Positions 30,001 to 42,506 of a stretch of DNA of 64,000 nt are shown here, one piece after another (positions within the stretch are counted from its first letter, which is position 1; every line of letters begins with the position of its first letter). The DNA is from Eledone cirrhosa (Eukaryota), in NCBI GenBank assembly GCA_964016885.1, contig OZ024741.1, positions 7,936,001 to 8,000,000 of the forward strand. The letters are read 5' to 3'. Under the pieces are notes generated by a model. It did not search any database, had not been told where the DNA came from, and saw only the letters and a list, made by a program, of their open reading frames with translations. The translations under genes were made by a program, and so were the position numbers.

Positions 30001-33000
30001 AGTGGTAAATTCCAGTGTTACCCTAGACAGTTCTAAAGTTCCAGTGTTACCCTAGACAGTGGCAAAGTTCCAGTGTTGCCCTAGACAGTTCTAAAGTTCC
30101 AGTGTTACCCTAGACAGTTCACAAGTTCCAGTTTTACCCTAGGTAGTGGAAAAGGTGCAGTGCTAACCTAGACAGTTGTAAAGTTCCAGTGTACCCTAGA
30201 CAGTTCTAAAGTTCCAGTGTTACCCTAGACAGTTCTAAAGTTCCAGTGTTACTCTAGACAGTGGTAAAATTCCAGTGTTACTCTTGACAGTCGTAAAGTT
30301 CCAGTGTTACCCTAGACAGTTCTAAAGTTACAGTGTTACCCTAGACAGTGGTAAAGTTCCAGTGTTACCCCAGACAGTGGTAACATTCCAGTGTTACCCT
30401 AGCCAGTTCTAAAGTTCCAGCGTTACCCTAGACAATGGTAAAGTTCCAGTGTTACCCTAGACAGTGGTAAAGTTCTAGTGTTACCATAGACAGTTCTAAA
30501 GTTCCAGTGTTACCTTAGACAGTTGTAAAGCTCCAGTGTTACCCGAGACAGTGGTAAAGTTCCAGTGTTACCCTAGACAGTGGTAAAGTTCCACTGTTAC
30601 CCTAGACAGTGGTAAAGTTCCAGTATTACCCTAGACAGTAGTAAAGTTCCAGTGTTAACCTAGACAGTGGTAAAGTTCCAGTGTTACCCTAGACAGTTCT
30701 GATGTTCCAGTGTTAACCTAAAAAGTTGTAAAGATCCAGTGTTACCCTAGACAGTTTTAAAGTTCCAGCGTTACCCTAGACAGTCGTAAAGTTCCAGTGT
30801 TACCCTAGACAGTTCTAAAGTTCCAGTGTTACCCTAGACAGTGGTAAAGGTCCAGTGTTACCCCAGACAGTGGTAATATTTCAGTGTTAACCTAGCCTGT
30901 TCTAAAGTTCCAGTGTTACCCTAGACAGTCGTAATGTTCCAGTGTTATCCTAGACAGTTCTAAAATTCCAGTGTTTCCCTAGACAGTGGTAAAGTTCCAG
31001 TGTTACCCTAGAAAATTGTAAATTTCCAGTGTTACCCTAGACAGTGGTAAAGTTCGAGTGTTTCCCTAGACAGTTCAAAAATTCCAGTGTTACACTAGAC
31101 GGTGGTAAATTTCCTGTGTTACCCTAGACAGTTTTAAAGTTCCAGCGTTACCCTAGACAGTTCTAAAGTTCTAGTGTTACCTTAGACAGTGGTAAAGTTC
31201 CAGTGTTACCGTAGACAGTGGTAAAGTTCCTGTGTTACCCTAGACAGTTCTAAAGTTCCATTGTTACCCTAGACAGTCGTAAAGTTCCAGTGTTACCCTA
31301 GACAGTTCTAAAGTTCCAGTGTTACCCTAGACAGTGGTAAAGTTCCAGTGTTACCCTAGACAGTTGTAAAGTTCCAGTGTTACCCTAGACAGTGGTAAAG
31401 TTCCAGTGTTATCCTAGACAGTTCTAAAGTTCCAGTGTTACCCTAGACAGTGGTAAAGTTCCAGTGTTACCCTAGACAGTTCTAAAGTTCCAGTGTTACA
31501 TTAGACAGTTGTAAAGCTCCAGTGTTACCCTAGACAGTGGTAAATTTCCAGTGTTACCCTAGCCAGTGGTAAAATTCCAGTGTTACTCTAGACAGTCGTA
31601 AAGTTCCAGTGTTACCCTAGACAGTTCTAAAGTTCCAGTGTTACCCTAGAGAGTGGTAACATTCCAGTGTTACCCTAGCCAGTTCTAAAGTTCCAGCGTT
31701 ACACTAGACAGTGGTAAAGTTCCAGTGTTACCCTAGACAGTGGTAAAGTTCTAGTGTTACCCTAGACAGTTCTAAAGTTCCAGTGTTAACTTAGACAGTT
31801 GTAAAGCTCCATTGTTACCCGAGACAGTGGCAAAGTTCCAGTGTTACCCTAGACAGTGGTAAAGTTCCAGTGTTACCCTAGACAGTGGTAAAGTTCCAGT
31901 ATTACCCTAGACAGTAGTAAAGTTCCAGTGTTAACCTAGACAGTGGTAAAGTTCCAGTGTTACCCTAGTCAGTTCTAATGTTCCAGTGTTAACCTAAAAA
32001 GTTGTAAAGATCCAGTGTTACCCTAGACAGTTTTAAAGTTCCAGCGTTACCCTAGACAGTCGTAAAGTTCCAGTGTTACCCTAGACAGTTCTAAAGTTCC
32101 AGTGTTACCCTAGACAGTGGTAAAGTTCCAGTGTTACCCCAGACAGTGGTAATATTCCAGTGTTAACCTAGCCTGTTCTAAAGTTCCAGTGTTACCCTAG
32201 ACAGTGGTAAAGTTCCAGTGTTACCCTAGTCAGTTGTAAAGTTCCAGTGTTACCCTAGATAGTTTTAAATTTTCAGTGTTACCCTAGACAGTGGTAAAGT
32301 TCCAGTGTTACCTTAGACAGTCGTAAAGTTCCAGTGTTACCCTAGACAGTCGTAATGTTCCAGTGTTACTCTAGACAGTTCTAAAATTCCAGTGTTTCCC
32401 TAGACAGTGGTAAAGTTCCAGTGTTACCCTAGAAAATTGTCAATTTCCAGTGTTACCCTAGACAGTTGTAAAGTTCGAGTGTTACCCTAGCCAGTTCTAA
32501 AATTCCAGTGTTACACTAGACAGTGGTAAAGTTCCAGTGTTACCCTAGACAGTTTTAAAGTTCCAGCGTTAGCCTAGACAATTCTAAAGTTCTAGTGTTA
32601 CCCTAGACAGTTGTAAAGTTCCAGTGTTAACCCAGACATTTGTAAAGTTCCAGTGTTAACCTAGACAGTTCTAAAGTTGCAGTGTTACCCTAGACAATTG
32701 TAAAGTTCCAGTGTTACCCTAGACAGTTCTAAAGTTCCAGTGTTACCCTAGACAGTGGTAAAGTTCCAGTGTTACCCTAGACAGTTCTAAAGTTCCAGTG
32801 TTACCCTAGACAGTGCTAAAGTTCCAGTGTTACCCTAGCCAGTGGTAAATTCCAGTGTTACCCTAGACAGTTCTAAAGATCCAGTGTTACCCTAGACAGT
32901 GGCAAAGTTCCAGTGTTGCCCTAGACAGTTCTAAAGTTCCAGTGTTACCCTAGACAGTTCACAAGTTCCAGTTTTACCCTAGGTAATGGTAAAGTTGCAG

Positions 33001-36000
33001 TGCTAACCTAGACAGTTGTAAAGTTCCAGTGTTACCCTAGACAGTTCTAAAGTTCCAGTGTTACCCTAGACAGTGGTACAGTTCCAGTGTTACCCTAGAC
33101 ACTGGTAAGTTCCAGTGTTACCCTAGACAGTTCTAAAGTTCCAGTGTTACCCTAGAGAGTTGTAAAGTTCCAGTGTTACCCTAGACAGTGGTAAAATTCC
33201 AGTGTTACCCTAGACAGTGGTAAAGTTCCAGTGTTACCCTAGTCAGTTGTAAAGTTCCAGTGTTACACTAGATAATTTTAAATTTTCAGTGTTACCTTAG
33301 ACAGTGGTAAAGTTCCAGTGTTACCCTAGACAGTCGTAAAGTTCCAGTGTTACCCTAGACAGTCGTAATGTTCCAGTGTTATCCTAGACAGTTCTAAAAT
33401 TCCAGTGTTTCCCTAGACAGTGGTAAAGTTCCAGTGTTACCCTAGAAAATTGTAAATTTCCAGTGTTACCCTAGACAGTGGTAAAGTTCGAGTGTTACCC
33501 TAGACAGTTCTAAAATTCCAGTGTTACACTAGACGGTGGTAAATTTCCTGTGTTACCCTAGACAGTTTTGAAGTTCCAGCGTTACCCTAGACAGTTCTAA
33601 TGTTCTAGTGTTACCTTAGACAGTGGTAAAGTTCCAGTGTTACCCTAGACAGTGGTAAAGTTCCTGTGTTACCCTAGACAGTTGTAAAGTTCCAGTGTTA
33701 CCCTAGACAATTGTAAAGTTCCAGTATTACCTTAGACAGTTCTAAAGTTCCAGTGTTACCCTAGACAGTTCTAAAGTTCCATTGTTACCCTAGACAGTCG
33801 TAAAGTTCCAGTGTTACCCTAGACAGTTCTAAAGTTCCAGTGTTAAACTAGACAGTGGTAAAGTTCCAGTGTTACCCTAGACAGTTTTAAACTTCCAGCG
33901 TTACCCTAGACAGTTCTAAAGTTCCAGTGTTACCCTAGACAGTGGTAAAGTTCCAGTGTTACCGTAGATAGTGGTAAAGTTCCTGTGTTACCCTAGACAG
34001 TTCTAAAGTTCCAGTGTTACCCTAGACAATTGTAAAGTTCCAGTGTTACCTTAGACAGTTCTAAAGTTCCAGTGTTACCCTAGACAGTTCTAAAGTTCCA
34101 CTGTTACCCTAGACAGTTCTGAAGTTCCAGTGTTACCCTAGACAGTGGTAAAGTTCCAGTGTTACCCTAGACAGTTCTAAAGTTCCAGTGTTACTCTAGA
34201 CAATGGTAAAGTTCCAGTATTAACCTAGACAGTTCTAAAGTTCCAGTGTTACCCTAGACAGTTCTAAAGTTCCAGTGTTACCCTAGACAGTGGTAAAGTT
34301 CCAGTGTTACCCCAGACAGTGGTAACATTCCAGTGTTACCCTAGCCAGTTCTAAAGTTCCAGTGTTACCTTTGACAGTGGTAAAGTTCCAGTGTTACCCT
34401 AGACAATGGTAAAATTCCAGTGTTACCCTAGACAGTTCTAAAATTCCAGTGTTACACTAGACAGTGGTAAAGTTCCAGTGTTACCCTAGACAGTTTTAAA
34501 GTTCCAGCGTTACCCTAGACAGTTCTAAAGTTCCAGTGTTACCCTAGACGGTGGTAAAGTTCCAGTGTTACCGTAGACAGTGGAAAAGTTCCTGTGTTAC
34601 CCTAGACAGTTCTAAAGTTCCAGTGTTACCCTAGACAATTGTAAAGTTCCAGTGTTACCTTAGACAGTTCTAAAGTTCCAGTGTTAGCCTAGACAGTTCT
34701 AAAGTTCCAGTGTTACCCTAGACAGTCGTAAAGTTCCAGTGTTACCCTAGACAGTTCTAAATTTCCAGTGTTACCCTAGACAGTGGTAAAGTTCCAGTGT
34801 TACCCTAGACAGTTGTAAAGTTCCAGTGTTACCCTAGACAGTTGTAAAGTTCCAGTGTTACCCTAGACAGTGGTAAAGTTCCAGTGTTATCCTAGACAGT
34901 TCTAAAGTTCCAGTGTTACCCTAGACAGTGGTAAAGTTCCAGTGTTACCCTAGACAGTGGTAAAGTTCCAGTGTTATCCTAGACAGTTCTAAAGTTCCAG
35001 TGTTACCCTAGACAGAGGTAAAGTTCCAGTGTTAACCTAGACAGTGGTAAAGTTCCAGTGTTACTCAAGACAGTTCTACAGTTCCAGTGTTACTCTAGAC
35101 AGTGGTAAAGTTCCAGTGTTACCCTAGACAGTGGTAAAGTTCCAGTGTTACCCTAGACAGTGGTAAAGTTCCAGTATTACCCTAGACAGTGGTAAAGTTC
35201 CAGTGTTACCCTAGACAGTTCTAAAGTTCCAGTGTTACCTTAGACATTTGTAAAGCTCCAGTGTTACCCGAGATAGTGCTAAAGTTCCAGTGTCACCCTA
35301 GACAGTGGTAAAGTTCCAGTGTTACCCTAGACAGTTCTAAAGTTCCAGTGTTACCCTAGACAGTGGTAAAATTCCAGTGTTACCCTAGACAGTTCTAAAG
35401 TTCCCGTATTACCCTAGACAGTGGTAAAGTTCCAGTGTTACCCTAGACAGTTCTAAAGTTCCAGTGTTACCTTAGACAGTTGTAAAGCTCCAGGGTTACC
35501 CGAGATAGTGGTAAAGTTCCAGTGTTACCCTAGACAGTGGTAAAGTTCCAGTGTTACCCTAGACAGTGGTAAAGTTCCAGTGTTACCCTAGACAGTGGTA
35601 AAGTTCCAGTGTTACCCTAGACAGTGGTAAAGTTCCAGTATTACCCTAGACAGTGGTAAAGTTCCAGTGTTACCCTAGGCAGTGTTAAAATTCCAGTGTT
35701 ACCCTAGACAGTGGTAAATTTCCAGTGTTACCCTAGACAGTTGTAAATTTCCAGTGTTACCCTAGGCAGTGTTAAAATTCCAGTGTTACCCTAGACAGTA
35801 GTAAATTTCCAGTGTTACCCTAGAAAGTTGTAAAGTTCCAGTGTTACCCTAGACAGTTCTAAAGTTCCAGTGTTACCCTAGACAGTTCTAAAATTCCAGT
35901 TTTACCCTAGACAGTTCTAAAGTTGCAGTGTTACTCTAGACAATGGTAAAGTTCCAGTATTACCCTAGACAGTTCTAAAGTTCCAGTGTTACCCTAGACA

Positions 36001-38480
36001 GTTCTAAAGTTCCAGTGTTACCCTAGACAGTGGTAAAGTTCCAGTGTTACCCCAGACAGTCGTAACATTCCAGTGTTACCCTAGCCAGTTCTAAAGTTCC
36101 AGTGTTACCTTTGACAGTGGTAAAGTTCCAGTGTTACCCTAGACAGTGGTAAAATTCCAGTGTTACCCTAGACAGTTCTAAAATTCCAGTGTTACACTAG
36201 ACAGTGGTAAAGTTCCAGTGTTACCCTAGACAGTTTTAAAGTTCCAGCGTTACCCTAGACAGTTCTAAAGTTCCAGTGTTACCCTAGACGGTGGTAAAGT
36301 TCCAGTGTTACCGTAGACAGTGGAAAAGTTCCTGTGTTACCCTAGACAGTTCTAAAGTTCCAGTGTTACCCTAGACAATTGTAAAGTTCCAGTGTTACCT
36401 TAGACAGTTCTAAAGTTCCAGTGTTAGCCTAGACAGTTCTAAAGTTCCAGTGTTACCCTAGACAGTCGTAAAGTTCCAGTGTTTCCCTAGACAGTTCTAA
36501 ATTTCCAGTGTTACCATAGACAGTGGTAAAGTTCCATTGTTACCCTAGACAGTTGTAAAGTTCCAGTGTTACCCTAGACAGTTGTAAAGTTCCAGTGTTA
36601 CCCTAGACAGTGGTAAAGTTCCAGTGTTATCCTAGACAGTTCTAAAGTTCCAGTGTTACCCTAGACAGTGGTAAAGTTCCAGTGTTACCCTAGACAGTGG
36701 TAAAGTTCCAGTGTTATCCTAGACAGTTCTAAAGTTCCAGTGTTACCCTAGACAGAGGTAAAGTTCCAGTGTTACCCTAGACAGTGGTAAAGTTCCAGTG
36801 TTACTCAAGACAGTTCTAAAGTTCCAGTGTTACTCTAGACAGTGGTAAAGTTCCAGTGTTACCCTAGACAGTGGTAAAGTTCCAGTGTTATCCTAGACAG
36901 TTCTAAAGTTCCAGTGTTACCCTAGATAGTGGTAAAGTTCCAGTGTTACCCTAGACAGTGGTAAAGTTCCAGTATTACCCTAGACAGTCGTAAAGTTCCA
37001 TTTTACCCTAGACAGTTCTAAAGTTCCAGTGTTACCTTAGACAGTTGTAAAGCTCCAGTGTTACCCGAGATAGTGGTAAAGTTCCAGTGTTACCCTAGAC
37101 AGTGGTAAAGTTCCAGTGTTACCCTAGACAGTTCTAAAGTTCCAGTGTTACCCTAGACAGTGGTAAAGTTCCAGTGTTACCCTAGACAGTTCTAAAGTTC
37201 CAGTATTACCCTAGACAGTGGTAAAGTTCCAGTGTTACCCTAGACAGTTCTAAAGTTCCAGTGTTACCTTAGACAGTTGTAAAGCTCCAGGGTTACCCGA
37301 GATAGTGGTAAAGTTCCAGTGTTACCCTAGACAGTGGTAAAGTTCCAGTGTTACCCTAGACAGTGGTAAAGTTCCAGTGTTACCCTAGACAGTGGTAAAG
37401 TTCCAGTGTTACCCTAGACAGTGGTAAAGTTCCAGTATTACCCTAGACAGTGGTAAAGTTCCAGTGTTACCCTAGGCAGTGTTAAAATTCCAGTGTTACC
37501 CTAGACAGTGGTAAATTTCCAGTGTTACCCTAGACAGTTGTAAATTTCCAGTGTTACCCTAGGCAGTGTTAAAATTCCAGTGTTACCCTAGACAGTTCTA
37601 AAGTTCCAGTGTTACCCTAGACAGTGGTAAAGTTCCAGTGTTACCCTAGACAGTCGTAAAGTTCCAGTGTTACCCTAGACAGTTCTAAAGTTCCAGTGTT
37701 ACCCTAGACAGTGGTAAAGTTCCAGTGTTACCCTAGACAGTCGTAAAGTTCCAGTGTTACTCTAGACAGTTGTAAACTTCCAGTGTTACCCTAGACAGTT
37801 CTAAAGTTCCAGTGTTACCCCACAAAGTGGCAAAGTTCCAGTGTTACCCTAGACAGTCGTAAAGTTCCACTGTTACCCTAGACAGTTCTAAAGTTCCAGT
37901 GTTACCCTAGACAGTGGTAAAGTTCCAGTGTTACCCTAGACAGTCGTAAAGTTCCAGTGTTACCCTAGACAGTCGTAAAGTTCCAGTGTTACCTTAGACA
38001 GTGGTAAAGTTCCAGTATTACCCTAGACAGTGGTAAAGTTCCAGTGTTACCCTAGACAGTTCTAAACTTCCAGTGTTACCCTAGACAGTTCTAAAGTTCC
38101 AGTGTTACCCTAGACAGTCGCAAAGTTCCAGTGTTACCCTAGACAGTTCTAAAGTTCCAGTGTTACCCTAGACAGTTCTAAAGTTCCAGTGTTACCCTAG
38201 ACACTGGTAAAGTTCCAGTGTTACCCTAGACAGTCGTAAAGTTCCAGTGTTACCCTAGACAGTTCTAAAGTTCCAGTGTTACCCTAGACAGTTCTAAAGT
38301 TCCAGTGTTACCCTAGACAGTGGTAAAGTTCCAGTGTTACCCTAGACAGTCGTAAAGTTCCAGTGTTACCCTAGACAGTTCTAAAGTTCCAGTGTTACCC
38401 TAGACAGTCGTAAAGTTCCAGTGTTACCCTAGACAGTTCTAAAGTTCCAGTGTTACCCCACAAAGTGGTAAAGTTCCAGT
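1..38480. repeat. 29-bp tandem satellite array, consensus TCCAGTGTTACCCTAGACAGT(GG/TC/TG/CG)TAAAGT, about 1,325 copies, runs off the window start
   Basis: Head-to-tail units read directly, same orientation throughout, no foreign insertion seen; ends abruptly at ...GGTAAAGTTCCAGT|ATGTTTC (38480). Copy number is length/29. Confidence 0.99.
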
Positions 38481-38987
38481 ATGTTTCAATGAACACATAT
38501 GTGAAGCAATCTTTTTTAGCTGAAACAAGTAAGCTCACCCATGCCCCTCCCTCACCCTCCCCTCACACCCATGCCTCCCCCACCTCCACCCTACCCCCAT
38601 CCCACCCGTCCCTATGTTAAGTGGGGTTATTTATGTGGACAATGTCGATGAACAACGCACGACTGGAGACCATGTTAGAGAAATTGATGTAGTGAAGTAA
38701 AGGAGGAGGAAAAGAAAACATGGAAGAGAGAGAGAGAGAGAGGGAGGGAGGAAGAAAAAGGGATGTACCACGAAAACTTGACATAAATCGATGTTTATCA
38801 CCATTCCGTTGACAGGAATGGTATATATATATATATATATATCCTCAAACTACTTCTATACACTCTCGTTTCTAGTATACACACGTTACGTATGGGTATG
38901 GTCCAGTACATTCTATAGATAACACATATTCATAATTATATATAATTTACACAGGTCGTTTATACATACATAACTATACGATCATAT

Positions 38988-39067
<80 letters not shown>

Positions 39068-39521
39068 GTTTCTGAATTTGTTTAGCAAGATTCTTTATCT
39101 GAAAACGTGTGTTGAAACCGATATTGTTATACTTTGTGAGGGTCATGTTGCCAATAAGAAACACACGCACCAGTAGCTTTCACTTCAATTTATTATAATA
39201 AATTTATAAATTTAGGAATTTATAAATTTCCGGTTGGTTGGTTGGTTCCACAACCAGATAGTTGTTTATATATTGTCAAAGTTCACAGTCTGTGACCTCT
39301 TCAGTGACTGAGGATTCTTTTCTTTGTTTTTGTGTCTCTCCTTTGTTCTGTCCTACGCCATCTTGTTTTTGTGTGTGTGTTGTGTGCTTAGTTTGCGCAC
39401 GTGTTACATCCGGGTGTCTGTGTGTGTTTATATTTGTTTATTTATTTGTTTATTTATTTGTTTATTTGCATGTTACTGGTTGGTTGTTTGTTCTATGTGC
39501 GTGTGTGTTTTCATTTTGTCC

Positions 39522-40220
39522 TTAATTGTAAGTTGTGATGTTGCTGTTCCATTCATGTTTTCTATTTAATTTTGGTTGGAGTTCATTTATGTTTACTGCC
39601 TCTGTGATTTGTCTAAACATTGCGTATTTTCTGTGTGTAGATTCTATTTTTATTTCTATGTTCTCTAATTTACTCTTATGTTCTATTTTAGCACGTTGGT
39701 AGAGTACAGATGATTCTTTACTATCTTGAAGGTCTCGCCGGTGTTCATTTAACCGTTCCCCTATACTACGAGCTGTCTCACCTATGTACACTATATTTTT
39801 ATCTCTACATTGTCCTTCAGTACATCTTAAGCTATATACTACATTTCTAATTTTACAGTTAATATGGGGGCTTAATTTACAGATTATACATTTCTTATCT
39901 ATACATGAGGGTCTTTGAAAAGGGTATGTCTTGCTAATAAGTGTTTTTACGGAGGTACCTGGTCTTTCTACTATCTTAATATTGAGTTTATGTTTATCTA
40001 AGGACCTTCTAAATTTGTAAGCTAATTCACCTCGAGGGGTTGTATCGATGAACATTACACTCTGGTATTTATTGCTATCATACCATGAGTTTATTCTATT
40101 AGCCTTATTCCTAGTTCATTCTATTCTATTCCAAAATTTGCTCCTATACAATGGGCAGGTCCCATTTGTGTCATTATTTATCATTTTTTCCCAATTGGTT
40201 CTGGCTCCTCTTGTAGAAAC
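39522..40220 (-). pseudogene. 5'-truncated Penelope-like retroelement ORF remnant: Cys-rich linker plus GIY-YIG endonuclease
   Basis: ORF 39522-40055 has C-x4-C-x2-C, NVVYSLRC, VYIGETARSIGERLNEH and a C-terminal E..I..P.LN motif. The same frame extends upstream (WEKMINNDTNGTCPLYRSKFWNRIE*TRNK...WY...SVMFID) across one TGA at 40116-40118. No RT core present. Confidence 0.88.
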
Positions 40221-40707
40221 ATTTTAAAGATTTTCAAAGGATTACATGTTTTCTATTAAAAGATACACACTTTATTTCACGTTGCTCTTCTACCTGTAGT
40301 TGCGACTGGTAGATAGTATTAGCAACTGGAAAGACCGACGAAAACATTGTTTCCTCGGTCCGATTTGACGAAAATCGATCGATCCTCTTCATAATAATAA
40401 TATCAAAAATACAAACAATTCGGTTCTATTCTACAGTAACGACAACATTTAAGTTGATGGAGACGAATTTCAGATTGACATTGATGCGGTAGATTTTGAT
40501 AACGACGGGGTAAAGCTTATATATACATACACACACACCACCTTCCGCCCTCCCCACTCGGACCCCCTGATTCCCTTTCCCCTCTCCCCTCCATCCACCC
40601 ACCTACACACGCCTCACACCCTTTCACCACATGTTTCATTTTCATTTTGTATACCCCCTACTAATGTCTTTCCCCCGCTCCCCCTCACACCATGGAACAC
40701 TTTTCTC

Positions 40708-40735
40708 CTGATGAAGAACTTATGCCCGAAACGTC
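40708..40735 (+). ncRNA. Minimal type I hammerhead-like motif with decayed stems
   Basis: CTGATGA-AGAACTTATGCCC-GAAAC-GTC. Core boxes intact, stems I and II pair poorly; follows a C-rich tract and lies about 95 nt before a (TA)n run. Confidence 0.5.
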
Positions 40736-40824
40736 GTCCTCCACACCGCACTCTCAAGCGTGAACCTAATGCTAACACTTTGTACTGCCTCTTCGGTTTG
40801 TTTTTGTTTTTTTGTTTTCTGTTT

Positions 40825-40873
<49 letters not shown>

Positions 40874-40878
<5 letters not shown>

Positions 40879-41002
40879 AACCAGTAAGACCCCGACAGCT
40901 GAGCTCAAGCCGTTTCGACGGCTAATTCTGTACTAATTCTGCGTCCAGAATTAGCCCTCGAAACGGCTTGAGCTCAGCTGTCGGGGTCTTACTGGTTCCT
41001 AT
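40874..41002. repeat. Near-perfect inverted repeat, 57-bp arms with 15-nt spacer
   Basis: ATAGGAACCAGTAAGACCCCGACAGCTGAGCTCAAGCCGTTTCGA...AATTCTG (40874-40930) is the reverse complement of 40946-41002 with one mismatch. Confidence 0.95.
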
Positions 41003-41107
41003 TACCCACTCTACTACCTCAAGTATTGAGTACTTTGGTGCGTTATGGTCCACCTGGTTCCTTACCACATTTCCTCCGTTATATATATATATATATATAT
41101 ATATATA

Positions 41108-41708
41108 CTAGCAGAGGTACCCGGCGTTGCTCGGGTATTAAATAGCAGTTATGTATACCATTTATGTCAATACTTCAGTGCTGCTTCGAAAACTATACTT
41201 TTACAAATTCATTGGCTTTTCCAAAAGGGGGTTCCTGCCCCCAGGGGTCCCCTACTCAAAATGTGCCAATTCTGAGAGTTCACATTCATCTGTAAAACAA
41301 ACGTAGCCCATGTGTCAAGTTTTGTGAAAATCGGTTGCTAACTCCAGAAGTTATGACGTTTTGTTGCATTGCACTGCGGTGCTTCAGTCGACTCCAAGGA
41401 AGTGTCGTATTATCCTCGCTTTCTTTCCGTTCATTGCCAGGGAACGTCTTCACGAACCAAAATATCGTCTTCCTGTTTTCCGTTGGTTGCAACGTTTCTC
41501 GAAATATTTAATTCTGCGTCCACAAATAGAATTTATTAGTTTCAGAAGATCCCGTTAATGTTGAAAGCAGCGATTCTTTGCTTGAACTTTCTTTCTTTCT
41601 CAACCCCTCTCCCTTTTTTCTCATACCCTCTCTCTCTTTCTCTCGCTCTCTCTCACTCATACCCTCTTTCTCGCCATTCCTCTACAGAATGGAGAACAAT
41701 AAAGAACG

Positions 41709-41757
<49 letters not shown>

Positions 41758-42262
41758 ATCTCTCTCTCTCTCTGTCTTTATATATATATATGTGTTTGTG
41801 TGTGTGTGTGTGAACCAGTGTTCGTCGCCATTCTCTCTCTCTCTCTCTCCCTCTCTCTCCCCCTCTATCTCTCTCTCTATCTGATTATCTTGTACCTCTC
41901 TGTATAACGACCTATCTCACTCTCTCTCTCTACATCTCCCTTTCTCTCTTTAGATGTATATGTGTGTGTGTGTGAGATATATATATAGAGAGATTTGCAA
42001 CATGTATGTAGTTTCATAGATTTTTGATGGTAGTACTGAGAGGCATTAAGCGTGTAAGAGAGAAGGTTACAGCATGTATTTAGTTTTATCGATTTTTTCA
42101 TAGAAGCAGGAAATCTTTGGCAAAGTTTATTACACGTTGACCATCTTTGGTAAATTTGGAGCACATTGGAAAAAAATCATCTAAATCGGTAGAGAAATGT
42201 GGAAATGCATAAAAATTATACACACAGAGAGACAGACATCTTCCGTTTTATATATATAGAGA
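41108..42262 (-). mobile_element. Non-autonomous Helitron, about 1.15 kb
   Basis: Minus strand starts A|TCTCTATATATATAAAACGG (42262) and ends with a GC hairpin (plus-strand TACCCGG-CGTTGC-TCGGGTA, 41118-41137) a few nt before CTAG|T (41108). These are canonical TC...hairpin...CTRR termini in an A|T site; internal CT and GT microsatellites; no Rep/helicase. Confidence 0.8.
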
Positions 42263-42506
42263 TTACAATCTTTTGCAGAGCTTACGTTTACCAAGTGCCC
42301 CTCACATGGTGTTGGGAAACCCAGGCGTAGAGTAGACGACACCATATTGCAATGTGGGATCGCATATGAAACTATAGAGTTGTGAAACGAACTTAACCAC
42401 AACCATGCTTGTACCTATAACAGACACTATATCTAACAAAGAAAGCTTAAAAGGCGTGATTGTCATGATTGGAGCCTCTTGGTTTTAACCTTCGATTATG
42501 TATCTT

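Noticed and set aside
1-38480. CRISPR array or coding repeat
   Set aside because: Units are contiguous with no unique spacers and there are no cas genes; the ORF track is empty here; the context is eukaryotic.
1-38480. Telomere-derived origin (CTAGGGTAAC on the minus strand) or an internal 14/15-bp dimer (CAGTGTTA/CAGTGGTA)
   Set aside because: Only one imperfect hexamer per unit and no TTAGGG runs. The dimer similarity covers only 8 nt, so it remains an untested alternative rather than a call.
40335-40395. Possible minus-strand hammerhead (ATGAAGA...hairpin...GGAAACAATGT)
   Set aside because: The first core base and stem I are missing; too degenerate to call.
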